Below, in pieces: positions 27,510 to 38,085 of a stretch of 64,000 nucleotides of DNA. The DNA lies in assembly GCA_030649835.1 (NCBI GenBank), contig JAUSES010000060.1, positions 6,411-70,410 of the forward strand. Reading direction: 5' to 3'. The notes under the pieces are model-generated. The model made no database searches. It was not told the DNA's origin and saw nothing but the letters and a program-made list of their open reading frames with translations. The translations under genes and the position numbers were made by a program. The DNA comes from a bacterium. Lineage in GTDB: Bacteria > Patescibacteriota > Minisyncoccia > Phycocordibacterales > UBA1550. Numbering within the stretch: position 1 is the stretch's first letter; every line of letters starts with the position of its first letter.

Positions 27510-29070
27510 ATGACAAAACTACAACCTCAGGCATTGTTTAAAGACACACAAGTGTCACGTCACATTTTACTCATTGGGATAGTGTTTGCATTCTTCTATC
27601 TCTACGTTATCGCATTCTGGTTTCAGTCTGGAAATCTGTATTTATTCACTGCGCTACTGGTTGGTCAAATATTCTCAGTGTGGCAAGTAACAACCTACAT
27701 CTTTACTGTTTGGAACACAGAGAAGACCTTTCCTAAGAACATGTCCTCCTTACCACGCGTAGATGTCTATATCACTGTGGCGGGTGAGCCCATAGAAATA
27801 GTTGAAGAAACTGTTCGTGCCGCTCTTGCAATGAACTATCCGAAATTTTCTGTGTATCTTCTTAATGATGGTTTCGTTGCAAAAAAGGAGAATTGGCGAG
27901 AAGCAAGAAATCTCTGCCGTGCGCTCGGTATCCCCTGCATAACAAGAAGGATACCACATGGTGCTAAAGCAGGAAATATAAACAATGCCCTTACACAAAC
28001 ATATGGTGAAGTAATTTGCGTATTTGATGCCGACCATGCACCCTATAAAAATTTTTTGTTGGAAACTATTCCTTTTCTTTCTGATCCAAAGGTTGCCTTT
28101 GTGCAAACGCCACAATACTATAAAAACAAATCGAAAAATGCGGTTACGCAGGGTGCGTGGGAACAGCAAGAACTATTCTTTGGTCCTATTTGTAAAGGGA
28201 AAAATAATTATAATGCTGCGACAATGTGCGGTACAAATATGGTAATTCGGAGGAGTGCCCTCCTTGAAGTAGGAGGCATGTGTGAAGAAAGTGTCGCCGA
28301 AGATTTTGTAACTGGTCTCCTCATGCACTCAAAAGGATGGAAATCAATTTATCTGCCTATTGTACTTGCGGAAGGACTTGCGCCGGAAGACTTTAATTCC
28401 TATTTTAAACAGCAACTCAGATGGGCGCGTGGGGCTCTTGATATTATCTTCCATTACAAAATCCTAACTAGGGTGGGTTACGTTGGCGCAACGTATTCAA
28501 TATCTATCATCAGCATCACATTTTATTTCGGGAATTGTAATAATCATGAATGCTCTTTTTCCAATTGTTTTTCTTCTTACAGGCGCGCAACCTTTTAAGA
28601 TCACGACAATGGAGCTTGCAGCGGTCTTTCTCCCGTACATCTTCGTCGTCCTCTACATCCTTCGCGCTTCAAGCGGAAACACCCTTACTTTCAAGGCACT
28701 TGCGTTTTCCATGAGCGGATTCAATATACACCTGCAAGCACTTATTGAAGTCCTGAGTGGAAAAAAGGCGACGTTCACCATAACTTCAAAACGTGCACTT
28801 TCGGGAAATTTTATGCACCTCGTCTCACCCCATATTTTCTATGCCTTCTTGTTTCTTGCTGCACTCGCCATTGCATTAGCTCGCGAAGGATTGTCTCCGG
28901 CAGTTGCAAACAATATGGCGTGGGCACTCATTAACTGTGCTGTATTTACCCCGTTCATAATAGCAGCACTGCCCAAAAAACAGATATCAGAGAAGCAAGT
29001 GGGGGCTACCATTCGTCACGAAAGTGGCCACAAAACACAAATTACAAACTTATCAATTACACAATCGTGA
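27510..29070 (+). pseudogene. Cellulose-synthase-like GT2 (BcsA/CesA-like catalytic subunit). It is split by a +1 frameshift near 28470..28485 into ORFs 27510..28598 and 28483..29070.
   Basis: Frame 1 carries 'DAD', 'AED' and 'QQLRWARG' (QxxRW). The second frame starts 'AQRIQYLSSAS...FLLTG', which is the conserved segment that normally follows QxxRW in cellulose synthases, and continues with TM helices. Confidence 0.7.
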
Positions 29071-30622
29071 ATCCATCTCTTTCTCAAAAAAATTATTTTT
29101 CCTCGTAATACTGCTGATGATTGTAGTCGTGTGTATATCGTTGGTGTTATTCGCAACACAAAGCATACGGTTAGATGAAGCACAGACACTCTGGCAAACA
29201 AACCGCTTTCCAGCTGGAATACTACATGTAGTTGCACAGGATGTTCATGTTCCGCTCTACCACCTTGCAGTTCATTTCTGGCAACTAGTTTTTGGAAATT
29301 CAATTGAGAGTGTGCGTAATTTTTCATTACTATTTTTCTTGATTAGTATTCCGCTCGTGTATCGCCTAGGAAAGGAAACATTTGTTTCGACGCGCGTTGC
29401 ACTCATGGGTTGTATGATTTTTTCACTGTCTCCTTTTATGAACTGGTATGCAAATGAGGCCCGTATGTACAGTCTTCTCGTATTTATTTCTCTACTCAAC
29501 CATTATCTCTTTATCCGACTACGAAAAAGTGGCTCCCCGATGCTTTGGTATGCATATACTCTCTCCGCAATCGCGGGAATGTATACGCACTACTTCTTCG
29601 TACTTATTCTTGTAACTCAGATTATCTTCTTTTTACTTAACTATCGAAACTTTCCAAAGGGAGCCTTTGTCCGCTTCGTCCTATCAGCAATTAGCGTTGG
29701 CTTCGCTTTGTTACCATGGATACTCTACGTTCGCTCGCTCGGATCAATGAGTAATTCTCGACCACTTCTTCATTCACCTACTGTTGTCGATATCTTTACT
29801 ACCCTTACTCAGTATTTGTTTGGTACGCAAAGCGTTCCTATAAACTCATTTATTGTTGCGTTATGGCCGCTCATTATGCTTGTGTGGTTTTTCACTTTAC
29901 ACAAGGCCCAGGCAAAAAATATCGACTCAAACTATCTAATAATGCTAATCATACTTCCAATCATGATCACCTTTTTCTTGAGCCTACTTATACGACCTGT
30001 TTTTGAAGCTCGCTATTTAGCATATATCTTTCCCGCTATAGGTCTTTTAATTGCGTCTACGATCGGCAACCTTGGGATAGGACTGCGTCGAATAATTAAT
30101 GTCGCAATTGTCGCGTCCTTATCGATTGCTTTGGTTGTATTGGCAGAAAACCCCAATACCCCAATAAAAGAAAATTATAGGGGAGCAACGGAGTATCTTA
30201 AAATTCATGCGACGCCAAGTGATGTGATTATTGTTTCTGCACCATTTACTATTTACCCACTGGACTATTACTATCAGGGGAGCACAAGAATAACAACACT
30301 TCCGCTTTGGGATCGCTATGCCACCGGACCAATTCCACCACTACAAACAGCAGATATAGAGCGTCAAGTAAAGGAAATTACTGGCACTTATGAGCGCGTG
30401 TGGCTACTTTTAAGCTACGATCAGGGATACGAGTCTGAAATACGTAACTATTTTAATAACCATTACGAAATGCTGGAGAAAAAGGAGCTCTCACCAAATA
30501 TGTCGCTAGCACTTTATAAATTACGCTATGACACTAGTAATATAGTCACTTTAACAACAAACCCATTGCCTATCGATAATCCAGGTAATAAGTTGGGGAA
30601 ACGAACGGCAAAGAAGAGGTAG
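29024..30622 (+). CDS. GT-C family glycosyltransferase (ArnT/PMT_2 / GT39-like) membrane protein. The exact start is uncertain.
   Basis: Multi-TM protein. 'RLDEAQTLW' is the DE motif in the first loop. 'HVPLYHLAVHFW' is ArnT/PMT-like. Confidence 0.75.
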   Translation: MATKHKLQTYQLHNRESISFSKKLFFLVILLMIVVVCISLVLFATQSIRLDEAQTLWQTNRFPAGILHVVAQDVHVPLYHLAVHFWQLVFGNSIESVRNFSLLFFLISIPLVYRLGKETFVSTRVALMGCMIFSLSPFMNWYANEARMYSLLVFISLLNHYLFIRLRKSGSPMLWYAYTLSAIAGMYTHYFFVLILVTQIIFFLLNYRNFPKGAFVRFVLSAISVGFALLPWILYVRSLGSMSNSRPLLHSPTVVDIFTTLTQYLFGTQSVPINSFIVALWPLIMLVWFFTLHKAQAKNIDSNYLIMLIILPIMITFFLSLLIRPVFEARYLAYIFPAIGLLIASTIGNLGIGLRRIINVAIVASLSIALVVLAENPNTPIKENYRGATEYLKIHATPSDVIIVSAPFTIYPLDYYYQGSTRITTLPLWDRYATGPIPPLQTADIERQVKEITGTYERVWLLLSYDQGYESEIRNYFNNHYEMLEKKELSPNMSLALYKLRYDTSNIVTLTTNPLPIDNPGNKLGKRTAKKR

Positions 30623-30671
30623 GGATGGCATGTATTACCAATATACCAGCATATTTAAGAACAAATAGCTG

Positions 30672-32198
30672 ATGAATCTCTTTATTATTGTACAAACAGA
30701 CAATTTGGCAAATATTTTTTGTGCAACAGAGCTTTTTATGCGAAACATTATGACTCAATCCACACTACAACTACACACCACAAGAAGAAACTCATTTTTG
30801 ATGGGGCTTTTGTTTGTGCTGGTGAGCTCATTATTTACATTTACCATACCGCTTTCCGCGTTTGAAACAGAGTATCTTACATTAAATACGTTTAGTGGTC
30901 CTGTCGGAACAGAGCTTACTGTTTCTGGAGGTGGCTTCACCGCAAATCATCCGCTTCAAATATATTTGGGCGGAAGTTCAACGTCGACTAAAACAATCTC
31001 GACAGATGAGCATGCAAACTTTTCAACACAGATTGTTGTTCCAATAACAACTGGGACAGGTAGGCTCTCCGTAGTGGCAAAAAGTTCCAGTCCCAATATT
31101 AGTGCAGAGAACTTTTTCTATGTAGTTCCCTTTAACCCTACTGCAACATTTAACGCAACATCCCACACGCCACTATCTACGATCACCGTATCGGGCTCAG
31201 GGTTTGCGCCTCGCGAAAGAATCAATTTTGAACTCGCAGGAGGAACAAGTTATACGGTAGCAGATCAAAATGGTAGTTTCACTGATGGAGAAATAATTAT
31301 TCCGAACGTAGCGGAGGGACTCTACCATCTCAATGTCGCGGGATCCTCAAGTGGAGCCTCTGTGCCACAGTGGCAGAACTATTTTTGGATTGATAAATTT
31401 TATCCAAGTGTATCGCCCTCGTCATATTATCTAACACCGGGGTCAACGCTTACTTTCTCGGGCTCTGGCTTCTCTGAGCACGAAGTAGTATCTATCTACG
31501 CAAATGGAGGAAGTGTACCGGTCGCAGAATTCGTCACCTGCTCTTGTGAAAAGTTTGAGAACAGAGGAGAGATAGTTATTCCTTTCAGTCTCCAAGACAC
31601 AAAAGCAACCTATGAGCTCCGTGGTTCGCAAAGTGGTGCGACAACATCCACGACCGTCACGATAGGAAAATTGTATGTTTCTATTTCTCCATCGTCCTAC
31701 TATGTGACACCAAACAATGATGTTGTCATTACAGGTAGTGGCTTTGCGCCAGGAGAAACAGTCATCGTCGACATCATGAAAGACGGTACTCGAAACCACG
31801 CCACCTCTACAGCTGATACAAACGGTAGTTTCTCGGCGACTCTTCTCGTTCCCTTTGGTGATGGGTTATCACCCGTGTCTGCCCGCGGTGCATCAAGTGG
31901 CGAAATAGCTACAGTCAACCTTACCCTAGCGCGATTTTACCCGAGTGTTACCCCGAGTATATATTACCTGTCTCTCCATAGCACAGTATCATTCGTAGGC
32001 AGAGGTTATGCCGCACGTGAACAGGTTGTAATATCTTCGCCAAGTTTTGTGACTACCAGTGTCACTGCGGATGCATCAGGAAGCTTCGTCACCGAACCAA
32101 TAACTACCATTAGTCGGTCTTCTTCAAGCACTCCTGTGACTCTCTTTGGTGTGCTGAGTCAAGCCGAGGTAATAGTTAATCTTGCTCTACAAATTTAG
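30672..32198 (+). CDS. Secreted surface protein with five Ig-like repeats of about 90 aa.
   Basis: Repeated 'YPSVSPSSYYLTPGSTLTFSGSGF' / 'YVSISPSSYYVTPNNDVVITGSGF' units. A hydrophobic signal lies near 'LLFVLVSSLFTFTIPLSA'. Confidence 0.6.
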   Translation: MNLFIIVQTDNLANIFCATELFMRNIMTQSTLQLHTTRRNSFLMGLLFVLVSSLFTFTIPLSAFETEYLTLNTFSGPVGTELTVSGGGFTANHPLQIYLGGSSTSTKTISTDEHANFSTQIVVPITTGTGRLSVVAKSSSPNISAENFFYVVPFNPTATFNATSHTPLSTITVSGSGFAPRERINFELAGGTSYTVADQNGSFTDGEIIIPNVAEGLYHLNVAGSSSGASVPQWQNYFWIDKFYPSVSPSSYYLTPGSTLTFSGSGFSEHEVVSIYANGGSVPVAEFVTCSCEKFENRGEIVIPFSLQDTKATYELRGSQSGATTSTTVTIGKLYVSISPSSYYVTPNNDVVITGSGFAPGETVIVDIMKDGTRNHATSTADTNGSFSATLLVPFGDGLSPVSARGASSGEIATVNLTLARFYPSVTPSIYYLSLHSTVSFVGRGYAAREQVVISSPSFVTTSVTADASGSFVTEPITTISRSSSSTPVTLFGVLSQAEVIVNLALQI

Positions 32199-32209
32199 CA
32201 ATATCACCT

Positions 32210-32246
32210 AGACAAAAATCCTCACATCCGTGAGGATTTTTGTCTA
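32210..32246. terminator. Bidirectional hairpin terminator.
   Basis: agacaaaaatcctcac-atcc-gtgaggatttttgtct lies between convergent genes. Confidence 0.6.
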
Positions 32247-32299
32247 TGCTTGTCAGGCACAATCTCTCTACTTAATAGCTGTACCATCCAACATTACCA

Positions 32300-34498
32300 T
32301 TAGTGTTGCACATGAATAGTAATACTCTTTGTGGCAATCACTGCGCCCGCATTGTCTCGTGCGGTGAACGTAAGTGTATAGGGCCCACTTCCCTTCCATT
32401 TCCATCCAGAAAGATCCACCCATGTTTCCTTGTGAGGATAATCCTGGGGAGTACTATACATCCAGTTGTCCTGTCCGGTGTCCACACGCCAGTACATTTC
32501 ATATTGATCAACAGAAAGATTCTCTACTACGGCCTTAAAGGGTAAGGTACCGCCAATAGTTGAATCTGTTGTAGGCCACCACACATTGATAGCTCGAGAT
32601 GTACTCACTGGTGTTGGCGCGGGAGCTACGGGAGTAGGTACAATCACCGGAGCGGGTGGAGGTACAGGAGCTGGTGTGGGTGCGGGAACCACAGGAGTAG
32701 GTACTGGAGCAATAAGTTTCTCTACCTTAAATGTCGCCGTAGAATCCCTCCATATATAGTTCTGAGACCAACCACTCGCAAATATCCCAACAGCCACACG
32801 ATATGCATCTGGCACATCTGTTTGCCATGACACTTGATATTGTTTTTTCTCACCACTTCCGAACGACTGTGACTCTGTGAATTCCTGGAACACTTTTTGA
32901 TTGGCACTATTGTAGATTTCAATATCCACAATTGAGCTACCAACTGCTGTTCCATTATTCGTCACGTCAACCGCTATAGACTGATTCGTATTTGTGTTTA
33001 CTGTCGGCAAAGCAACATTGCTTTGTACCGAGAATCCAACTGCAGATGGTGTAGGAGTAGCTACATCAGCAATCTTAAATGTCGCTGCTGGTCCGCTCCA
33101 ATCATACATAAGGCTCCAGTCGAATTTGAATACACCAACTTTTACTGTGTAGTCGCCTCTGATATCTGTATTCCATACTACAGGATATTTCTGAGCTGTG
33201 TTTGCAGAAATATTTTGCTTCTCGAAGTATTTCTGATACACCTTCGTTCCTGCTGTGTCATAAACTTCCACATCAATGATACCGTTTATGAGATCCCCAC
33301 CCGTGTTCGCAATACTTGCAGTAATGCTAACCTCCTGACCTGGAGTATATGTTCCATTTGATACTACAGCAGTAGCTTTCACCTGCGGAGCGTTTTGCAA
33401 CTCGAGTGGTACTACTGGTGCAACCACCGGAGCGCTACCGTTCCCACTAAACCAGTTGGTAATCACACTCTGCGCAAGTTTATTTTGCGGAGTATAGTCA
33501 CGGTTACCATCACCTCCGTCGAGTGGCGAGGGTTTCCATTCCCAGAAGTAAATTCCTTTCATGAAGCTAACATCGTTCCAATAGGAGAACAGTGCTTCGT
33601 AAGCATTTGCCTGTTCCTCGGCATTAAAGCCGTTATCGATCATATAGTTGCCTGGCTCCAAGTGAGTACCTGAGGTACTCTTATAACCAATCTCAGTAAA
33701 GATAATGGGTTTATTTATTCTCTGCTGAAATGGCGTTATGTCATTTCTATTCCATTCATCCCAATATGCACGATATGCATCTGCGGACGTTTCATTGAAG
33801 TTACTTCCCAATGTGTAATACGCGTCGATACCTGCATAGTCAAGCACATCCCAAAACGCTACTTGGTTTTTTTCATCTGCCCATCCGGTTCCCCAGTTGG
33901 CAGCATACGAAAGCTTGCCACTATATACTGTTCTCACATTAGCAATAAGTGCTTTCCAGTTTTCAGTGTTTGTAGAATTATGGGTGTCAGAGCTCACCTC
34001 AATCATTTCTGTCCCGAGAATCAAAAGCTCGACACCGTTTGTCTCTGCAAGGCGCGCGTAGTGCTCAAGATGTTTCCCATACGCAGCAAACCATGCATTT
34101 CTATCGCTTGGGTCTACGTACGCACGCCACTCCCCTGTCTTTGGGTCTGAGTGAAACTTCACCGCAACTGACATTCCCAATGAATGTGCTTTCTGTATTG
34201 CGTGTATAAGAGACTCATCAGTAGGGGTATTCCATCCCGGCCCAATATCTGAACTCTTTGTTGTCGACTGATACAACTGAACAATGAAACTCACTGAGTT
34301 TGCATTAGTTGCTTTTAAATTTGTAATTGACTCGTCAAATGACGCAGTCCCATATTCCGTAGTATTCGTAGGAGTAATATTCGCACCTCTATTCCATGCA
34401 GACATATCTGCATGTACATATACAGGTATTCCAACACTTAAAATCACGACTGTTGATAATACTGCCACAACCTTCGATATAATTTTTTTAATGTTCAT
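32300..34498 (-). CDS. Secreted glycoside hydrolase (TIM-barrel, GH5/GH113-like) with Ig-like/CARDB-type domains and a Pro/Thr-rich linker.
   Basis: There is a signal peptide. 'IIFTEIGY' is a candidate nucleophile and 'ELLILGTEM' a candidate acid/base Glu. The C-terminus carries 'PVPTPVVPAPTPAPVPPPAP'. Confidence 0.65.
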   Translation of the reverse strand: MNIKKIISKVVAVLSTVVILSVGIPVYVHADMSAWNRGANITPTNTTEYGTASFDESITNLKATNANSVSFIVQLYQSTTKSSDIGPGWNTPTDESLIHAIQKAHSLGMSVAVKFHSDPKTGEWRAYVDPSDRNAWFAAYGKHLEHYARLAETNGVELLILGTEMIEVSSDTHNSTNTENWKALIANVRTVYSGKLSYAANWGTGWADEKNQVAFWDVLDYAGIDAYYTLGSNFNETSADAYRAYWDEWNRNDITPFQQRINKPIIFTEIGYKSTSGTHLEPGNYMIDNGFNAEEQANAYEALFSYWNDVSFMKGIYFWEWKPSPLDGGDGNRDYTPQNKLAQSVITNWFSGNGSAPVVAPVVPLELQNAPQVKATAVVSNGTYTPGQEVSITASIANTGGDLINGIIDVEVYDTAGTKVYQKYFEKQNISANTAQKYPVVWNTDIRGDYTVKVGVFKFDWSLMYDWSGPAATFKIADVATPTPSAVGFSVQSNVALPTVNTNTNQSIAVDVTNNGTAVGSSIVDIEIYNSANQKVFQEFTESQSFGSGEKKQYQVSWQTDVPDAYRVAVGIFASGWSQNYIWRDSTATFKVEKLIAPVPTPVVPAPTPAPVPPPAPVIVPTPVAPAPTPVSTSRAINVWWPTTDSTIGGTLPFKAVVENLSVDQYEMYWRVDTGQDNWMYSTPQDYPHKETWVDLSGWKWKGSGPYTLTFTARDNAGAVIATKSITIHVQH

Positions 34499-34633
34499 AA
34501 CGCCTCGAAGTGTAGCATTGCGGACTTCTCTGTCAACGAGAATCTTTTGTGAAAAATTTCATATTTTTTTAAACCCCTACGGTTAAGCGGTGCTAAAATA
34601 ATTTGCTAATAAGGAATCTTTGTTGCGTAGATT

Positions 34634-35227
34634 TTGACTCGTGTCCCTAGACTCTTTTGTGATATCATTGTCATACAGTTGATCTATAGAAACAACATAA
34701 TGGTACACCGTATACGCGAAAAACCCCATATATTACTTGAAAATCCCTCGGAAAAGGTAGGTATTGTTGCCTTTTCTTTTGGCCTCAGGGCCACGGACGA
34801 AGAACCGAATCCGTGCAATAGAAGGCTCGCTGAAGAAACTTTTCGTATAGCAACATCCCTCTCCTTTCCGGTATACATAGTATCGCAATGGGAGATTACG
34901 CGAGCGCTCAATGAGCTCGGCATGCCACCATCGCTCAGTGTTGAAATGACGCCAGAAAAGTACCTCGATAGCGAGGGAGTCATGGATGTTGCCGCTACAT
35001 TTTTCAAATCAAACGGAATTACCAGCGTGATTCCTATCGCACATCCTTTCCTTCATGGTACCAAGTGTCGAAGGCTCGTTGTAGAACACGGCTTCAAGCT
35101 CATCAAGCGAGATATTCGGAAAATTGGCTTCGATAGAAAATCTCTGCAACCCTACACCCGTGGCCCTCTCCAGCTTCTTCTTTACGCAATCAGACAAAAA
35201 CTTTTTGGACATCGTGGCACAAAATAA
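34634..35227 (+). CDS. Hypothetical protein. The probable start is the Met at about 34700.
   Basis: ORF with no confidently recognised domain. Confidence 0.45.
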   Translation: MTRVPRLFCDIIVIQLIYRNNIMVHRIREKPHILLENPSEKVGIVAFSFGLRATDEEPNPCNRRLAEETFRIATSLSFPVYIVSQWEITRALNELGMPPSLSVEMTPEKYLDSEGVMDVAATFFKSNGITSVIPIAHPFLHGTKCRRLVVEHGFKLIKRDIRKIGFDRKSLQPYTRGPLQLLLYAIRQKLFGHRGTK

Positions 35228-35268
35228 AACGCTAATTTAGTATTAAATATAATGTTAAGTAGTTCCTT

Positions 35269-35619
35269 CTATACCAGAGCAAACGACGCATACTTAGCAC
35301 TACGAAGTACGTTTGGTTTTACGAGACACACCTCGATCTGCCTTTCCCCACACACTGAGAGAACGGTGTTTTTTATCTCATTGGCTAGTCGCTCAATCAG
35401 TTTGAAGGGTTTTTCCACTACAAGCGATTCAATGGCGCGCATAACTTCAACATAATCAACCGTATCCTTAATATCATCACTTTGTGATGGTAGGTCAAAG
35501 TTTCCATATATTTTAAGACTCACGTAGATTTTTTGCGGATGAGCGCGTTCCAAATCAGTTACCCCAAGATGACAGAGAAGTGAAAGATCCTTTATTTCAA
35601 TGTAGCTTTGTTTGTTCAT
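35269..35619 (-). CDS. folB: Dihydroneopterin aldolase family protein (FolB-like).
   Basis: 'IEIKDLSLLCHLGVTDLERAHPQKIYVSLKI...SDDIKDTVDYVEV...FKLIERLANEI' matches the FolB pattern. Confidence 0.75.
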   Translation of the reverse strand: MNKQSYIEIKDLSLLCHLGVTDLERAHPQKIYVSLKIYGNFDLPSQSDDIKDTVDYVEVMRAIESLVVEKPFKLIERLANEIKNTVLSVCGERQIEVCLVKPNVLRSAKYASFALV

Positions 35620-35963
35620 TTTATTTTAATTACTTGACCCCCACACCTATCTTCGCATTATTCTGCTTTCACATGATTATTCATACTCATCAAAAAATCT
35701 TAATTTCTCCAGAAAACCTTATAATTACTATGTAGCACAACAAAAGCTCCGCGAGGATAGGTGTGGGGGTTGACTTTTTTGAGGGGTTATGCTAGACTTG
35801 AGTCACAAAAGTAGTAGGAAGGGTTGGGCTAAATAATTTTGCTCGCAAAATTATCGCCCGAACATTTGTAACCAAATGTTTTAGGGGGGAAGAGTCGATT
35901 TTCTCAAACTAGTCTGTAGCTATATTTTTGTATATTAGTAGATTAAGTAAATAAAAAGATTTT

Positions 35964-36161
35964 ATGAAAGGAACAATTAAGAAAGTTACTGACAAGGGTT
36001 TTGGTTTTATCACTGCAGAAGGTATGGAGAAGGATCTCTTCTTCCACGCTAACTCACTCGTAGGTACCACATTTGATGATATTCGCGAGGGTGACGAAGT
36101 TACATTCGAGACTGAAGATTCCGCAAAAGGAATGAGCGCAGTAAACGTAGAGCGTGCATAA
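35964..36161 (+). CDS. csp: Cold-shock protein (CspA family).
   Basis: '[18 protein letters not shown]...DLFFHANSL' contains the RNP1 and RNP2 motifs. Confidence 0.9.
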   Translation: MKGTIKKVTDKGFGFITAEGMEKDLFFHANSLVGTTFDDIREGDEVTFETEDSAKGMSAVNVERA

Positions 36162-36174
36162 TGTACGCTATGAC

Positions 36175-36207
36175 AAAACCCCATCAGCCTACGGCTGATG
36201 GGGTTTT
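36175..36207. terminator. Bidirectional hairpin terminator.
   Basis: aaaaccccatcagcc-tac-ggctgatggggtttt lies between csp(+) and the SET gene(-). Confidence 0.65.
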
Positions 36208-36209
36208 GT

Positions 36210-36626
36210 TTATTTCTTTTCCTTTGATTTGCAAGACTCACACCGACACCCAAAAGGTTTTATATACTCATCAAAATGTTCCTCGCCGTAATCATACGTA
36301 AATTCCTCCCCCTCCTCGATACGTTTAATCGCTTTAATAAAAACCCGCCCACCAATAATTTCTACTTCACAGTTTGGCTTACAGGAATGGTTTATGTACC
36401 GAGCTGTGTTTGAGCGCGCTCTTCCGTCTATCATTCTTGTTTTGCTGGTCTCAAAAAGGTACATATTCCCTCCGGGATGTGCGGCAACATCTTTACCAGA
36501 GATTATTGTCCCTACGTATTCGATAATCCACGTTCCTCTTTTAATCGGCTCCGTAGCAAAAAGTCCGAGGCCAGCGCCTGACTTCTTTACCTTATATTTT
36601 TTATCAGTAATTTTTGGAATTGGCAT
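36210..36626 (-). CDS. SET-domain protein (protein-lysine methyltransferase-like).
   Basis: 'RYINHSCKPNCE', 'EEGEEFTYDYGEEHF' and the C-terminal 'CRCESCKS' post-SET Cys cluster are present. Confidence 0.85.
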   Translation of the reverse strand: MPIPKITDKKYKVKKSGAGLGLFATEPIKRGTWIIEYVGTIISGKDVAAHPGGNMYLFETSKTRMIDGRARSNTARYINHSCKPNCEVEIIGGRVFIKAIKRIEEGEEFTYDYGEEHFDEYIKPFGCRCESCKSKEKK

Positions 36627-36782
36627 GATTGATTTTAAAAGAGTGAAGCGATTATTAAAATCATCACCCGGTTAAATGATTTTTTTAATAAAAATCCCTG
36701 CTTTGCAGGATTTAACTGGGTCTGGGAGATTACCATCTTCAACTCAATCGTTAGTATACGCAAAATAGTGTAGAATGCAACA

Positions 36783-38078
36783 ATGCAAAAAGAAGTTGAG
36801 GAAGAAAAAAATAGACTAACCTATGATGTTGCGATAATCGGAGGCGGGCCCGCAGGAATGATAGCGGCTATTCATGCTAGAAAGGAGGGTGCCTCTGTTA
36901 TTCTCGTAGAGAAAAATGGTTCTCTCGGAAAAAAACTTTTAATTACAGGTGGCGGGAGATGTAATGTAACCAATGCAACTTTTGATAATCGCGCGCTCGC
37001 AGAAAAGTACGGGAAAAAGGGGAAATTCCTTCTCTCTCCTTTTTCGAAGTGGGGGGCACAAAAAACAATAGATTTCTTTGAGGCGCACGATATGCCAACA
37101 AAAGTTGAAGCTGAGGCTCGTGTTTTTCCTATGAGTAATTCGGCACAAAGTGTCTGGGAGGTTTTGGTGGAGGAGCTCGAGGACTCAAAGGTTACCATTC
37201 TTAAGGGTGCGCCAGTATTGAAGGTTAATTCCAAAGATGGCGCTATTGTAAGTATTGAAACCGCAGATCATATAATCTCTGCGCGATCATTTATAATCAC
37301 GACTGGAGGAACGGCACGTCCGGAGACTGGCTCCTCGGGTGATGGGTTTAAGTGGCTAAAGAAACTTGGGCACACCATAGCTACGCCGAGTGTTGCGCTC
37401 GTGCCTGTAAAAATAAAAGAGTCGTGGGTTCATCGACTTCAAGGCCTCTCTCTACCCGAAGTAAAAGTTAGCCTTGTTGAGGGAAAAGTATTAACTGAAA
37501 CAAAAGTTGGGAAAATATTATTTACGCATTTTGGGCTCTCTGGTCCGCTTGTCCTTGGCATGAGCCAAATTATAGGTGAAGCAGTGCGTGAGGGAAACAT
37601 TGGGCTTTCATTAGACCTCTATCCTGAATTAGACCACAGCTCTCTCGACGAGAAACTACGCGATCATTTGAAAAAAGTACAAAACAAAAAATGGGCAAAT
37701 GCACTCGCGGGATTTGTCTCACCACTCCTCGCGCCAGTTCTTGTTGAGCTTTCAGGAATAAATGCGACCATGCTCGTAAACAAAATCCCGAGGATAGAGC
37801 GCATCGCTTTTGTAAAGAAATTGAAGGGATTAGTGATAACACCCACTGGACTCCTTGGCACAGAGAAGGCAATCACCACATCTGGTGGTGTCGCGCTTAC
37901 GGAGGTCGACTTCAAGACAATGCGTTCACAAAAAATAGAAAATTTGCACCTTGCAGGCGACATCCTTGACTTCGATCGCCCCTCCGGTGGGTTTAGCCTT
38001 CAGATATGTTGGGCGACCGGTGCGATTGCAGGAGAAAATGCAGGCAAAGTTTCATCGACGAGGAAAGAAGTGGTATAA
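36783..38078 (+). CDS. HI0933/BaiN-family FAD-dependent oxidoreductase (aminoacetone oxidase-like flavoprotein).
   Basis: 'YDVAIIGGGPAGMIAA' is the FAD-binding GxGxxG. 'LLITGGGRCNVTN' is typical of the HI0933 family. Confidence 0.85.
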   Translation: MQKEVEEEKNRLTYDVAIIGGGPAGMIAAIHARKEGASVILVEKNGSLGKKLLITGGGRCNVTNATFDNRALAEKYGKKGKFLLSPFSKWGAQKTIDFFEAHDMPTKVEAEARVFPMSNSAQSVWEVLVEELEDSKVTILKGAPVLKVNSKDGAIVSIETADHIISARSFIITTGGTARPETGSSGDGFKWLKKLGHTIATPSVALVPVKIKESWVHRLQGLSLPEVKVSLVEGKVLTETKVGKILFTHFGLSGPLVLGMSQIIGEAVREGNIGLSLDLYPELDHSSLDEKLRDHLKKVQNKKWANALAGFVSPLLAPVLVELSGINATMLVNKIPRIERIAFVKKLKGLVITPTGLLGTEKAITTSGGVALTEVDFKTMRSQKIENLHLAGDILDFDRPSGGFSLQICWATGAIAGENAGKVSSTRKEVV

Positions 38079-38085
38079 TATACAG

